DNA of 62,995 nt, the filler included, from Octopus bimaculoides (lineage: Eukaryota): assembly GCF_001194135.2 (NCBI RefSeq). It is 7 parts of 6 records of this genome, joined end to end, with 100 filler letters (N's around TTAATTAATTAA, not from the genome) between each part and the next. Parts side by side here need not be neighbours in the genome. Positions count along the whole stretch, not along the records: positions 7,703 to 20,018 come from NC_069000.1; positions 20,119 to 22,034 come from NC_068984.1; positions 22,135 to 47,675 come from NC_068990.1; 4 more parts are not named here. One strand, given 5' to 3'. Of this stretch, positions 11,112 to 23,216 are shown piece by piece; positions within the stretch are counted from its first letter, which is position 1, and every line of letters starts with the position of its first letter. The translations under genes were made by a program, and so were the position numbers. The notes under the pieces were generated by a model, which had not been told where the DNA came from, did no database searches, and saw only the letters and a list, made by a program, of their open reading frames with translations.

Positions 11112-13578
11112 CTTAGTGTAAGCTGGTATGTATATATATGTCTACCTTCATGCAAATAGGTGTGCAAATACTTATGTATATACGTGTGTAAACATTATTT
11201 AATTCTATCTAAAATATTTGCAATCAAGTACGACGTTCAATTCTCGTCTCCGTCTTCACCTAGATAACAGCGCATCACCTCAGGCACTTGCAGCAGTACC
11301 AACAATAGCAGCAACTACAGCAGTGGTAGTAGTAGCACGGTAACAGCACCAACTGCAGCAGTAAAAAGAAGAAAACTGCAGCAACTGCCGTGGTATCAAA
11401 AGCAAGAACACAGTGAAACTGTAGAGACTGCAGCAGCAACACAAAACAGCACCAACTGCAGCAATAGCAGTACAGTAACAACTTAAGCAGCAGTAGCAAC
11501 ACGATGATAGCAACTGCTGCAGTAACATCGGTACAGTAACAACTATACCATGTGCAGCAGCAGAAACACGGTTACAACAGCACTAACTACAACAGCAGGA
11601 TTACAGCAATAGCAACAGTAGCAGCAACAAACTGAACCAGAAGCAAAATATGTGCGAGAAAAAAGTACCAGTAATATATGAAGATATTGATGATTAAGCC
11701 AACTTTGCTTATATCCTCTCGAAAATGGGGGCGTTGTAGGTTAGAGGAATTCGAAACTGATATAATGGTGTATAGTTTTGAAGGGGAATAAAGAATAGAT
11801 AGTAATTGTGATGGATGGTTGGAGAGATAGATTGGAATTAAGTGAAGATGTAAGGAAGGAGAGACAAATAGATACGGTGTGAGGCAGTATTTGTAGCGAG
11901 TGAGAGAGAGAAAGGTATGGGGATAGAAAGAGAACAAAGAAAGAGTAAGGGATAGCCAGAGAGAAGATAGAGAAAGTAGGAAATAGACGAATCCCCCCCC
12001 CCAAAAAAAAAAACGAATACTGGATTGACAGACAGAAGGATCAACTGTATCATAGAGAGAAAAAAAGGTGAGCAAGACAAGAAACTGATCAGGGGTGAGA
12101 GTGAGAGAGACTAAAGGAAGTCAAAGAAAGACTAAGGAATGAAAAATTTAACAGAATGTGGTGGGGGCGAACAGAGAAAGGGAGATGTAATAATAGCGGG
12201 AAGGGGATAGGTAAAGAAATAAGGGTGGAAGGAAAGTGAGGGAGTGAGAAAAAGAGAGATGAAGATAAGGACAATAAGAAAGAGAGACAGAGAGTGAGAG
12301 AAATGTAGACAGAAGAAAAGCCAGAGGTATCAGGATAAAGAAGAGTGAGTGAGTGTGTGTGTAGGGCTAAGAGGAGAAGGATTAGGGAAAGAAGGGAACA
12401 GGAAGATAGAAAGGCAGAAACAAAGAAAGAGTGGGTAATAAGAGAGGTGCAGCAAGAGAGAAACGTGTGTGTGTGTGTGTGTGTAACTACAAGAATTTCT
12501 ATGTGTGTAACCGAATGGTGGAGAGCAGTTTGCCACAAGAAACAATAGTTTGAAATTAATTCTTTGCAGACAAAAACATGGTACATTACAACTATAATGT
12601 AACTGTTAAATGTTTCCATGCATGCATTTATATTTACTTAGTTAAGTTAATGCTCACTTATTTAGGGCATTGAAAAGTTAACTGGAAATAATCAGATTCA
12701 TTTATAAAGTGTGTGTGTGTGTGTTTAAAGGCTGGGCAGACTAATTGATGCGTTTTGAGTGGCTATATACATTCACACATATATACATACACAAATATGC
12801 ATATAAGTATATGCATATACCTATATCATGCATCTATGTAAATGCATATATGTGCAAAATATGCACATATCTGTATGCATATATGTACACGTGCATATAT
12901 ATGCATACATGCATATATACGCACACAAATATATCTATTTATCTCTCTATATACACATATATGCACAGATACATGCATTTATATATATACATATATATGC
13001 ATATATATATGCATATTGATAAGCAAACATATGTGTGCATACTCAGACACATGCATAAATATATACATACATATAGATATATAACACGCATATATACACA
13101 TATGTACATGTACACACACAAGTTTGAAAAGTGCTTATGTATCTATGTGTCTGCGTTTGATATTAAAAACAGGACTAAATAAAAAAAAACCACACAGAGT
13201 ATACATTATTAGTTGCATCATTGTAAGATCAGGAGTTTCGTTCCATGACTTTTCAAACTTTTGAATGTGCTTCGGATAGAAAATGGATCCCTGGGCAGCT
13301 CATCACGCGCGCGCGCGCACATATACTCGTACGCAAGCACACACACACACTCACCACGCACGCACACATATTACGTATATGTGTGTGTAAATATGTATGT
13401 ATGCACACACACACACACACGTTTAGGTTTAGTGATGCAAACAGGAAAATAGAACTCAAAACATGAGTATATACATATATATATATGATCTTTCTTTTAA
13501 TAACTTCTGCCGATTAATAAAAAGGTATGTACACATGCACACACACATATGTGAGTAGTATAATTTTCATGGTGCATT

Positions 13579-13617
<39 letters not shown>

Positions 13618-14324
13618 NNNNNNNNNNNNNNNNNNNNNNNNNNNNNNNNNNNNNNNNNNNNNNNNTATATATATATATATAACACACACACACACACACA
13701 CATAGATATATAGGGAGAGAGAGAGGAGGGAGATGGGAAAACTTTGAACAAAGAAACTGTTGTTGGTGGAAGTAATTGTAGTAATAGCTGATGAGTTAGT
13801 GGCACTGCTTGTAGTGCTATGTAGTGTTTATACAGATTACGTGGTGGTTAAGTTTTAATGATAGAAGCGGCAATGGGAAGTGGCAATAATTTTGGCAGTA
13901 GTAGTGGTGTGATCTAGTAGTAGTAGTAGTAGTAGTACGTAGTGGTGGTTGCGTCGGTGATGGTGATAAGTTATGTGTAAAAGTTAAGTAGTGTTTAGCT
14001 ATAGGTCAGTCTTATTCTTGGCCAGCCGTCCTTCTTGGAGTAAGTTGGACTACATCATCCAATTCTTTCTTTTCCTGTGATTTGAGGGATATTTAGCAGC
14101 TATTTCTAGTAGATCTTGTGATCACGTAGAGGCTCCCTGCTGGTTTTTAATATTGAAGAGGTGAAGGTTGCGTAGAGATTGGTGGTTGGAGTCTGGTATT
14201 GTTGGATTTGAGTGCAGAAGTGGTGGCATTGATTCTGGTCGTGCTGGTAGTACAAGTAATAGTGGTACAGGTGGTTGTAGTATAAGGTAGCAGTGTTGGT
14301 GTTAGTAACGCATCTTTTTTCTTT

Positions 14325-14735
14325 TATATCTTATTCGCTTCATTTATTAGACTGCGGCCATACTGGGGCTTAGTCGAACAAATCGACCTCATTGCCTTTT
14401 TTTAAAGTCTGGTGCTTATTCTATTAATGTGTTTTGCTGAACCGCTAAGTTACGGGTACACAAATGAACTAACATTCGTCAAACTGTGGTGAGAGATAAG
14501 CATATATGCATACATATACATACATACGCACACATATATACAATATATATGTATATATATTATAGATATGTGTATGTATGTATTCGACGGGGTTCTTGCC
14601 AAATCCACTACCAAATCTACTTACAAGGCTTTGGTTGGCCCGGAGTAATAGAAGACACTTGCCCAAGATGCCGCGCAGTGGAACTGAACCAGAGATCACA
14701 TAGTTGGGTAGGAAGCACCTTACTCACACAGCCAC
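14325..14735 (-). mobile_element. SINE family A (tail 14325-14480, head 14585-14735)
   Basis: Same motifs as 37489-37890, in reverse orientation. Confidence 0.8.
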
Positions 14736-15012
14736 GCTTAGCAGATGTATAGGTGTTAGCAGTGCTGGTGGCAATAATACCGACGGTAACAGCATAGGCA
14801 GTAATGTAGACAACAATAGTGAAGGTGATAATAGCGTATGCAGCTATAGTAAAGGCGTTAGTAATGTGGTAGCTTATGCACTAGTAGCATAAACTGCAGT
14901 CGTATAGGTGGTATTAGTGTATGGGTACAGGTACAAGCGATAGTAATGTTGTTTAGTCCCAGGTCAGCCCTGTTAGAACAAGTCAAAGACATTCCAGCCT
15001 TGGCCGTCTTGC

Positions 15013-15046
<34 letters not shown>

Positions 15047-15906
15047 NNNNNNNNNNNNNNNNNNNNNNNNNNNNNNNNNNNNNNNNNNNNNNNNNNNNNN
15101 NNNNNNNNNNNNNNNNNNNNNNNNNNNNNNNNNNNNNNNNNNNNNNNNNNNNNNNNNNNNNNNNNNNNNNNNNNNNNNNNNNNNNNNNNNNTATATATAT
15201 ACACGTAACTGTAATCCCTTTTACAACCGTAAGTTGTGATTTGGGGGAGATTTGATTCCTATTTCTAGCAGGTCGAGTAAAACGTCTTGAGACTCTTAGT
15301 GACAACAGTGTAGGTGGTAGAGATGCAGGTGATGGTTGTGTTGGCAATAGTAGAGCAGGTGGTAGTCATAGTGGTGTAAGTTGTAGTAGACCAAGTGGTT
15401 AGTGTGTGGGGTGAGTAGTATATATAGGTAATTGGTGGTAGTAGTAGTAGTAGTAGTAGTTACAGAGGTCGTGGCAGTAGTAGTCGTAGTGTGGCGGTGA
15501 CGGTAGTACTAATAGTAATAGTGGTGATGGTAGTAGCAGCAGTAGTTGTAGTTAGTGGTTGTGGTGGTGGTGGTAGTAGCAGTAGTAGTAGTGATGGTGG
15601 TGGTGGTGGTGGTAGCGATGGTGTAGTTGCAGTGGTTGTAATAGTAGTAGTAGTAGTAGTAGCAGCAGCAGTGGTTGAATGTCTTCAGAACGTTGTGGTA
15701 GTGGTATAGGTGGTAGTCGTAGGTGGCACCATTTAAAGTAACTACGCAGTAAACTATTATACACCTACATACATACTCAATTAAAATACACACCTACACG
15801 CATCATATATATATATATATATTATATACACACTTCTACACATAACATATTGTACACAGCGCATTGTGCACCTCATACTCTCACATGCACAAGACCATAC
15901 ATACAC

Positions 15907-15983
<77 letters not shown>

Positions 15984-16011
15984 TTGGTTTACAGTATAGG
16001 TATATTCCAAC

Positions 16012-16050
<39 letters not shown>

Positions 16051-16711
16051 NNNNNNNNNNNNNNNNNNNNNNNNNNNNNNNNNNNNNNNNNNNNNNNNNN
16101 NNNNNNNNNNNNNNNNNNNNNNNNNNNNNNNNNNNNNNNNNNNNNNNNNNNNNNNNNNNNNNNNNNNNNNNNNNNNNNNNNNNNNNNNNNNNNNNNNNNN
16201 NNNNNNNNNNNNNNNNNNNNNNNNNNNNNNNNNNNNNNNNNNNNNNNNNNNNNNNNNNNNNNNNNNNNNNNNNNNNNNNNNNNNNNNNNNNNNNNNNNNN
16301 NNNNNNNNNNNNNNNNNNNNNNNNNNNNNNNNNNNNNNNNNNNNNNNNNNNNNNNNNNNNNNNNNNNNNNNNNNNNNNNNNNNNNNNNNNNNNNNNNNNN
16401 NNNNNNNNNNNNNNNNNNNNNNNNNNNNNNNNNNNNNNNNNNNNNNNNNNNNNNNNNNNNNNNNNNNNNNNNNNNNNNNNNNNNNNNNNNNNNNNNNNTA
16501 TATACGTATGTATGTATGTATGTATACACACACACACACATATATATATATATGTTTATGTGTTTATATATATATATAGGCTGGTCTAATGAGTGACCGG
16601 TTTTACTCAGAAGTCTTCAGCAGTTGCAACACGAAACTCGGAGTAACGATCCATGAAGATGCAGCCTTGAAATAATAACTACATATACATGCATACTTAC
16701 AAGCGTTCATG

Positions 16712-16744
<33 letters not shown>

Positions 16745-17281
16745 ACCACGCATGCGTACACATACTTGTCTATATCAATAACTGTGTTCAGCTCTCCCTA
16801 CGGGTTTTCTTACTGCACATTCAAATGTGCGCGGACACACACACAACGGTTAACATATGCGGTCGCTCAACCGGCTAGAAATAACTCCAAATTATCTCAA
16901 ATGACTTTCTGTCTTAAAAAAGAAGTTGGGTAATGATCCCGATTTTCAAAACAGTCGTGATCACCGATGAACTCCTCTACCTTAGACCTATCCGACGAGG
17001 CATGACCGGGGACTGAAGAACATCATATATATACATACACACACATATGCTTCTGTTTACTATACACACGGGGCCTGAAAATTTGGGGGACGTGTTAATC
17101 AATGCCATCGACACCAGTGCCTTACTGGTACTTAATTTATCGACAGCGAAAGGCAAAGTCTACCTCGACAGCATTTTAAGTACATCTGCTATGTATATAG
17201 GCATATTTTACTCACACACACAAACGCATACTTATTTTTGTATATAAATATGTATTTACTTATATATAATTATAAATACAC

Positions 17282-17318
<37 letters not shown>

Positions 17319-17331
17319 AGTAAAAATAAAT

Positions 17332-17362
<31 letters not shown>

Positions 17363-17514
17363 TACACAGATACATACACATGCATGTAAACAGGAAATAA
17401 TGGCACAAGGTACCAATGTTTGCTGGAAATATATGTGTGTGTGTGTGTATGTATATAAACATGGAGTCGTGCACATACACACATACGCACACTAAAAAGG
17501 TGAATGAGGTAGAG

Positions 17515-17645
17515 CTAACCAATGCTGCAGTCCGCTGATTGGTGGCCGTTAGAGTCACGTGGCTTGCACTCTTAAGTCTCCCTCCGCTTGCAAGCTGATC
17601 TGGCTTTTACCATTGGTCGGCATCTAACATGCACACGTGCATTTT
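17515..17645. promoter_or_regulatory. Cluster of CCAAT boxes and CACGTG E-boxes
   Basis: CCAAT at 17519, ATTGG at 17538 and 17612, GTCACGTGG at 17554, CACGTG at 17634, in locally CpG-retaining unique-looking sequence. Confidence 0.35.
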
Positions 17646-18663
17646 TCCTTGTCCGCTCTACTCTCTGCTCTCTTCTGTCTCTCTCTGTGTTTCTGTCGGT
17701 CTGTCCATCACTCTCTATCTGTCCCTTCTGTGTGACGCTATCTCTTGCGCTCTCTCACTCACTCTCTCATCCCTATCTCTGTTACCGAGTTGTTCGTCCG
17801 CCTCTCTTGCTTTCCTTCTTCCTTCCATCATATTTACTATTTCTTCCTTGTCTTTGCTGCATCTATTCATAATTCTCCGCCTCCTCTCTCTTTTCCGTAT
17901 ATTTGTCTTTCTATCTCCTGGAGCTGTCGTGTCAGTCTTTCTCCTGCATATTTTCATCATTTACATATTTCGTCCCCCACACCTTATTTCTTCTGCATAT
18001 GTCTTCATGGTTTTCTTTTCTTAGTTTTCTGTCTTTTTTCTTTTTTCGTTCAGCCTGGATTGTAAATCCATTACACACACGCCCCTCCCCCCACACACGC
18101 ATATTTATAAGTACACGTACGCATTCTTACGTTTGTATGCATCCTTTCGTTCACGCATGCATATATATATATATATATANNNNNNNNNNNNNNNNNNNNN
18201 NNNNNNNNNNNNNNNNNNNNNNNNNNNNNNNNNNNNNNNNNNNNNNNNNNNNNNNNNNNNNNNNNNNNNNNNNNNNNNNNNNNNNNNNNNNNNNNNNNNN
18301 NNNNNNNNNNNNNNNNNNNNNNNNNNNNNNNNNNNNNNNNNNNNNNNNNNNNNNNNNNNNNNNNNNNNNNNNNNNNNNNNNNNNNNNNNNNNNNNNNNNN
18401 NNNNNNNNNNNNNNNNNNNNNNNNNNNNNNNNNNNNNNNNNNNNNNNNNNNNNNNNNNNNNNNNNNNNNNNNNNNNNNNNNNNNNNNNNNNNNNNNNNNN
18501 NNNNNNNNNNNNNNNNNNNNNNNNNNNNNNNNNNNNNNNNNNNNNNNNNNNNNNNNNNNNNNNNNNNNNNNNNNNNNNNNNNNNNNNNNNNNNNNNNNNN
18601 NNNNNNNNNNNNNNNNNNNNNNNNNNNNNNNNNNNNNNNNNNNNNNNNNNNNNNNNNNNNNNN

Positions 18664-19001
18664 AAATACCGCTAAGCATTCCACCAGGCATGCTAACGTT
18701 TCTTATTTCTTTATTGCCCACAAGGGGCTACACACAGAGGGGACAAACAAAGACAGAAAAAAAGATTAAATCGATTATATCGGCCCCAGTGAGTAACTGG
18801 TACTTATTTAATCGACCCCGAAAGGATGAAAGACAAAGTCGACCTCGGCGGAATTTGAACTCAGAACGTAGCGGCAGACGAAACGAAATACCGCTAAGCA
18901 GTTCGTCCGACGTGCTAACGTTTCTTATTTCTTTACTGCCCACAAGGGGCTAAACATGGAGGGGACAAACAAGGACAGACAAAAGGATTAAGTTGATTAC
19001 A
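18664..19001 (-). mobile_element. Two overlapping SINE family B copies
   Basis: AAATACCGCTAAGCA...TGCTAACGTTTCTTATTTCTTTA.TGCCCACAAGGGGCTA occurs twice. Confidence 0.8.
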
Positions 19002-19127
19002 TCGTCAAACTGTGGTGAGAGATAAGCATATATGCATACATATACATACATACGCACACATATATACAATATATATGTATATATATTATAGATATGTGTA
19101 TGTATGTATTCGACGGGGTTCTTGCCA

Positions 19128-19620
19128 CTCAGAGTCTACCTCACTCTCTCTTCGATGATGGAGCTGGTAATTATCATTATCCTTTACGAAGGATATTCCT
19201 TGATTCTTCGACAACGGAACGGGTAACTACTAATATCTTTTATTAAGTATATTCCTCAATTCTTCCTCTCTGAAGACGGTATAGTTGGCATACATGAGAC
19301 TTTTTGCACAATGACCCATGCACCATATACACAACCATTCTAGAAACAGCTGTAATAGACTTTATGCATTATTTCTTAATCCCTTATTTACTCTAACAGC
19401 TCTGTGATTATGTTTGAATTATAAACTACAAGCTCTAAAGTGATATCACATGATTTCCTTGTTCATTCTTTCTTTCTAATATACATTATCCGCTCAATGA
19501 TAAATCATTTATAGCCATTCCTTGTTAGGCTCTACGACACCACCATTGTTTTAACAGCAATGGAAGTTGAAGTTTCAGTGGTAAACCGACCCAAGCACTT
19601 ATCGTTACATCATTAGACAA
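19128..19620 (+). repeat. Unclassified dispersed repeat, second copy at about 21560-21990
   Basis: Shared blocks such as ATTCTAGAAACAGCTGTAA.AGACTTTA and GTGAT....A.....T..T.TT..T..CTTT in both copies. Confidence 0.65.
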
Positions 19621-19652
19621 AATTACATTACGTCATTAGACAAAGTTATACA

Positions 19653-19715
<63 letters not shown>

Positions 19716-19965
19716 ACATACACACAACCGTGTTAGCTTTGTCTGAATTTTAGAGACGAGGAATCATCCTTCGAACTAGTATCGTCATATTTGGCTGTTA
19801 TAGTCACAACGTTTCGACTGTTGAACAATTCGGCCTTCTTCAGTACTGCCCTCGGAATTTGAAACCGAGTTAGATTGTCCTCATTCCGTTGTCCACAGTA
19901 GGAATATTTTCCTCAGAAGTTATTTTACCACTTGTGATGCCGCTAGTTTGTCACACTTAAACCTG

Positions 19966-20018
<53 letters not shown>

Positions 20019-20118
20019 NNNNNNNNNNNNNNNNNNNNNNNNNNNNNNNNNNNNNNNNNNNNTTAATTAATTAANNNNNNNNNNNNNNNNNNNNNNNNNN
20101 NNNNNNNNNNNNNNNNNN

Positions 20119-20161
<43 letters not shown>

Positions 20162-20389
20162 TGTGTGTGAGGGAGAGATAGATATATAGATATGGGGAAA
20201 GTAAGAAGAAAAAAGCGAAAATGCACATTGGATATCAAAAAAAAAATAAAGGCTTTTCTTTTTTATTAAAAGTAACGATAAATATATACAATTAGATGAA
20301 CTGAAGTAGAATTAAGAGGAATAAAAGTCATTATTATGAATTGTTAAAGGGATTCAAAGTCATACCAGTTTCGTCAATTACTGTTCACC

Positions 20390-20452
20390 GGCTTTGAATG
20401 CGCACCGATTACCAAACGGTAATATTTTGGTAATCGGTGCGCATTCAAAGCC
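20390..20452. repeat. Perfect 27-bp inverted repeat with a 9-nt loop
   Basis: GGCTTTGAATGCGCACCGATTACCAAA (20390-20416), loop CGGTAATAT, TTTGGTAATCGGTGCGCATTCAAAGCC (20426-20452). Confidence 0.97.
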
Positions 20453-20739
20453 ATCTGAGCAAATGAAAATTGTATTACTGATAACTTTCTACGCTTGTTT
20501 CATTATTATCTATTTCTATGGATGTATAAAGTCATTTTTTTAAAATCCACAACAATAATTATTTGAGGTCATCACTCTTTGTGCATGATCGGTTGTATGC
20601 ATGGCAATTAGGAGAAAAACTGATGGCATATTTAGAATCAGCGACCAAAAATTACCTAATATCTCAGACACTAAAATATGTGTCTCTCAGTGTATCTGTT
20701 AACATAAATCATTGTTACACTTTCAACTTCCTATTGTTT

Positions 20740-20970
20740 AAAGGCGGCGCAAATGTTGTTATCGTCTGCTGCAATAAATCACTGTTTCCCTTCAAGAGTA
20801 TCAACTTACATATCACAAAAGAAAAGAAAGGAAAGCTGCTCTACTGTGGTAACCGCATTGCTTGCAGTTACTCTGGCGTTTTAATAACAAGAGCAGATAA
20901 TCGCAGCATAAACTACACGCATATTTAGAGCTTGGAAGTGAAATGTTCCGGTACATTCACAAGTAGGTCT
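20740..20970. promoter_or_regulatory. Candidate bidirectional promoter / first exons
   Basis: CpG-retaining patch with ETS-like GGAAGT/TTCCGG. Outward-facing donors: minus-strand AT|GTAAGT at 20810/20809 and plus-strand AA|GTAGGT at 20962/20963. Confidence 0.35.
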
Positions 20971-21340
20971 TTTTTCTTCCTAAACTCAAAGCAGAAACGA
21001 GAAAAATCTGCGGTTTCCTTCCTACCTTTCTTATTTATCTTCTTAAATACACACACACACACACACACGCACGTTTTTATTAATAATCGGCAGAAGCTAC
21101 AGTGTGACTCAAGGGACGAGAGTTTCGTGCATTTGATAAGTGCTAATGCACGAAAATCTCAGCCCTTGATTTACTCTGTAACTTCTGCCGGTTATTAGTA
21201 GAAAAACAAAAACAAAAACAAAAACGTATAGATACCCATGTTTTGAGTTCTATTTTCTATCACGAAACCTACATACATACATATATATGGTATAATTATA
21301 AACAGGATAAATCTTAGCCATTTCTCCGCAGACTGAAAAA

Positions 21341-21400
21341 AATGAGGAACGACTTCAATCGATTTCGAACCTTATTGGGTTCTCATCAGAGGTTCGCTCA
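21341..21400 (-). ncRNA. Hammerhead-ribozyme-like core (Penelope-type minimal motif), probably damaged
   Basis: Minus strand: CTGATGA-GAACC-CAATAA-GGTTC-GAAA-TCGA-TT. Core boxes are intact, stem II is a perfect 5 bp, stem III is the palindrome ATCGAT; stem I is only partly paired. Confidence 0.45.
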
Positions 21401-22469
21401 TCAGAGGTTCGCTCATTAGGGTTCGCTCCCCATGCTCACAATATCTCGGATGCAGTCGTGCATCGTTAACCAACTAGATTATCCTCGAATTTTCACTTTT
21501 ACCTATGACTTATTTGTTTGATTATGGAACTACCACGCATAAACCTTTCATTCAGGTTTTCCTTCCTTCCTCGATCAACATGTAATTACTAATACCTTCG
21601 ATTGGGGATACTCTTCATTTCTCTGTTTTCTTACCTCACTTTCTCCGATGACGGATTACTTAGCTTTCGTGGAATATTTTCAATAACATGATTCACATGC
21701 TTGGCTATTCTAGAAACAGCTGTAAGAGACTTTACCTATTTATCATAATTACTCTGCACAATTTTTATACTCTATAATTCAAATTAAATGTTCTGGAGTG
21801 ATGCCAAGTGTTGTGCTTATTACTTTTCTTTTTTAATATCCACACGTTCAAGGAGAAACCATTTCTAGCCACCTTTGATATGCAATTTTAGCCCCACATT
21901 TTTCAGTTGTAGTTCAAGCCAGAGTTTTAGTGATAAACCAAACTGAGCATTCATAGTACATACCTATTATATTACGTCAATTGACGAAAGCTCATTCTAT
22001 GTTCTCTCTCTCTCTTCCTGTATATATATATATANNNNNNNNNNNNNNNNNNNNNNNNNNNNNNNNNNNNNNNNNNNNTTAATTAATTAANNNNNNNNNN
22101 NNNNNNNNNNNNNNNNNNNNNNNNNNNNNNNNNNCGATCTTATATAATCCAAGAAAGTTAGGGGTTGTGAATCCAACCCACTAAGGGATAATATCTATCC
22201 AATATACTGCCAGAAGGATACCCAATTATTATTACACTAGTGTTTTTACCAAGTGCAATAAATGAATCCCATCTTTGGTCACTAGATGTCTATTTTAATT
22301 ACTGATATGACATAATATGTCACATGTGTTTGTATATTGTTTTTATTGTCCTCTTAGTTGAAAAATAAACAGGTAAATTGACATAATACAATGTCTGCAA
22401 GTTGATGAATACCACATATTCCCCTCCATTTTCTTATTGCTATATATATATATGTATGTGTGGGTATAT

Positions 22470-22665
22470 GTTTGTGTGTCTGTTTGTCCCCCCAGCATCG
22501 CTTGACAACCGCTGCTGGTGTGTTTGCATCCCCGTAACTTAGCAGTTCAGCAAAAGAGACCGATAGAATAAGTACTAGGCTTACAAAGAATAAGCTCTGA
22601 GGTCAATTTGCTTGACTATAAAGGCAGTGCTCCAGCATGGCCGCAGTCAAATGACTGAAAGAAGT
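22470..22665 (+). mobile_element. SINE family A 3' half
   Basis: GTGTCTGTTTGTCCCCC...CTTGACAACC...GTACTAGGCTTACAAAG...CTCCAGCATGGCCGCAGTCAAATGACTGAAA; another copy at 24945-25135. Confidence 0.8.
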
Positions 22666-23216
22666 AAAAGAGTAATGACACATGGAATACCAGCGGGACT
22701 GCACTTCATTGTTCCTGAAATTGAAATCCTCAACTGTGAATCAATCTTGGAACATCACCTAATTAGCCAAATTACGAGAAAAAATTCTTCAGTGATTGGC
22801 ATAGTGTCGACTAATTATAAATGTATACACGTGCGAAAATTGTAATTCGCCATGTTACTTTACTACAGTATTTGTTGTTTATCAGTAAGTTGACTTATTT
22901 ATGTCCCTTTACTAGTTATCTCCCTCTTAAATTTTATTTTTTATTTTTTAATATCCCTAAACTGAACAATTACCCACATTTTTTTTACACCTATTACATT
23001 TATTGTACCCCTGAAACAGCCGTAGATGATATCCTTCACCTGAATTCCCCTGAATCTGTATATATTTATTTTATCTACTTATTTACCTCTGAATTTTTAA
23101 ATTTTGAACTCTCATCTGACATTTCATATAAACATCCAATTCTTTATCGATTCAAACAGTTCCTTTTGGAAACCCTTATCTCGAATTTTTATCTTTTTAT
23201 TTGTCACTCTTCCATT

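Noticed and set aside
11830-12460. Long purine-rich tract (and pyrimidine-rich 17640-18060) as a triplex or inverted pair
   Set aside because: No clear mirror symmetry or mutual complementarity; consistent with decayed (GA)n.
20840-20875. Possible RFX X-box upstream of CCDC89
   Set aside because: Only a half-site (GGTAAC) matches.
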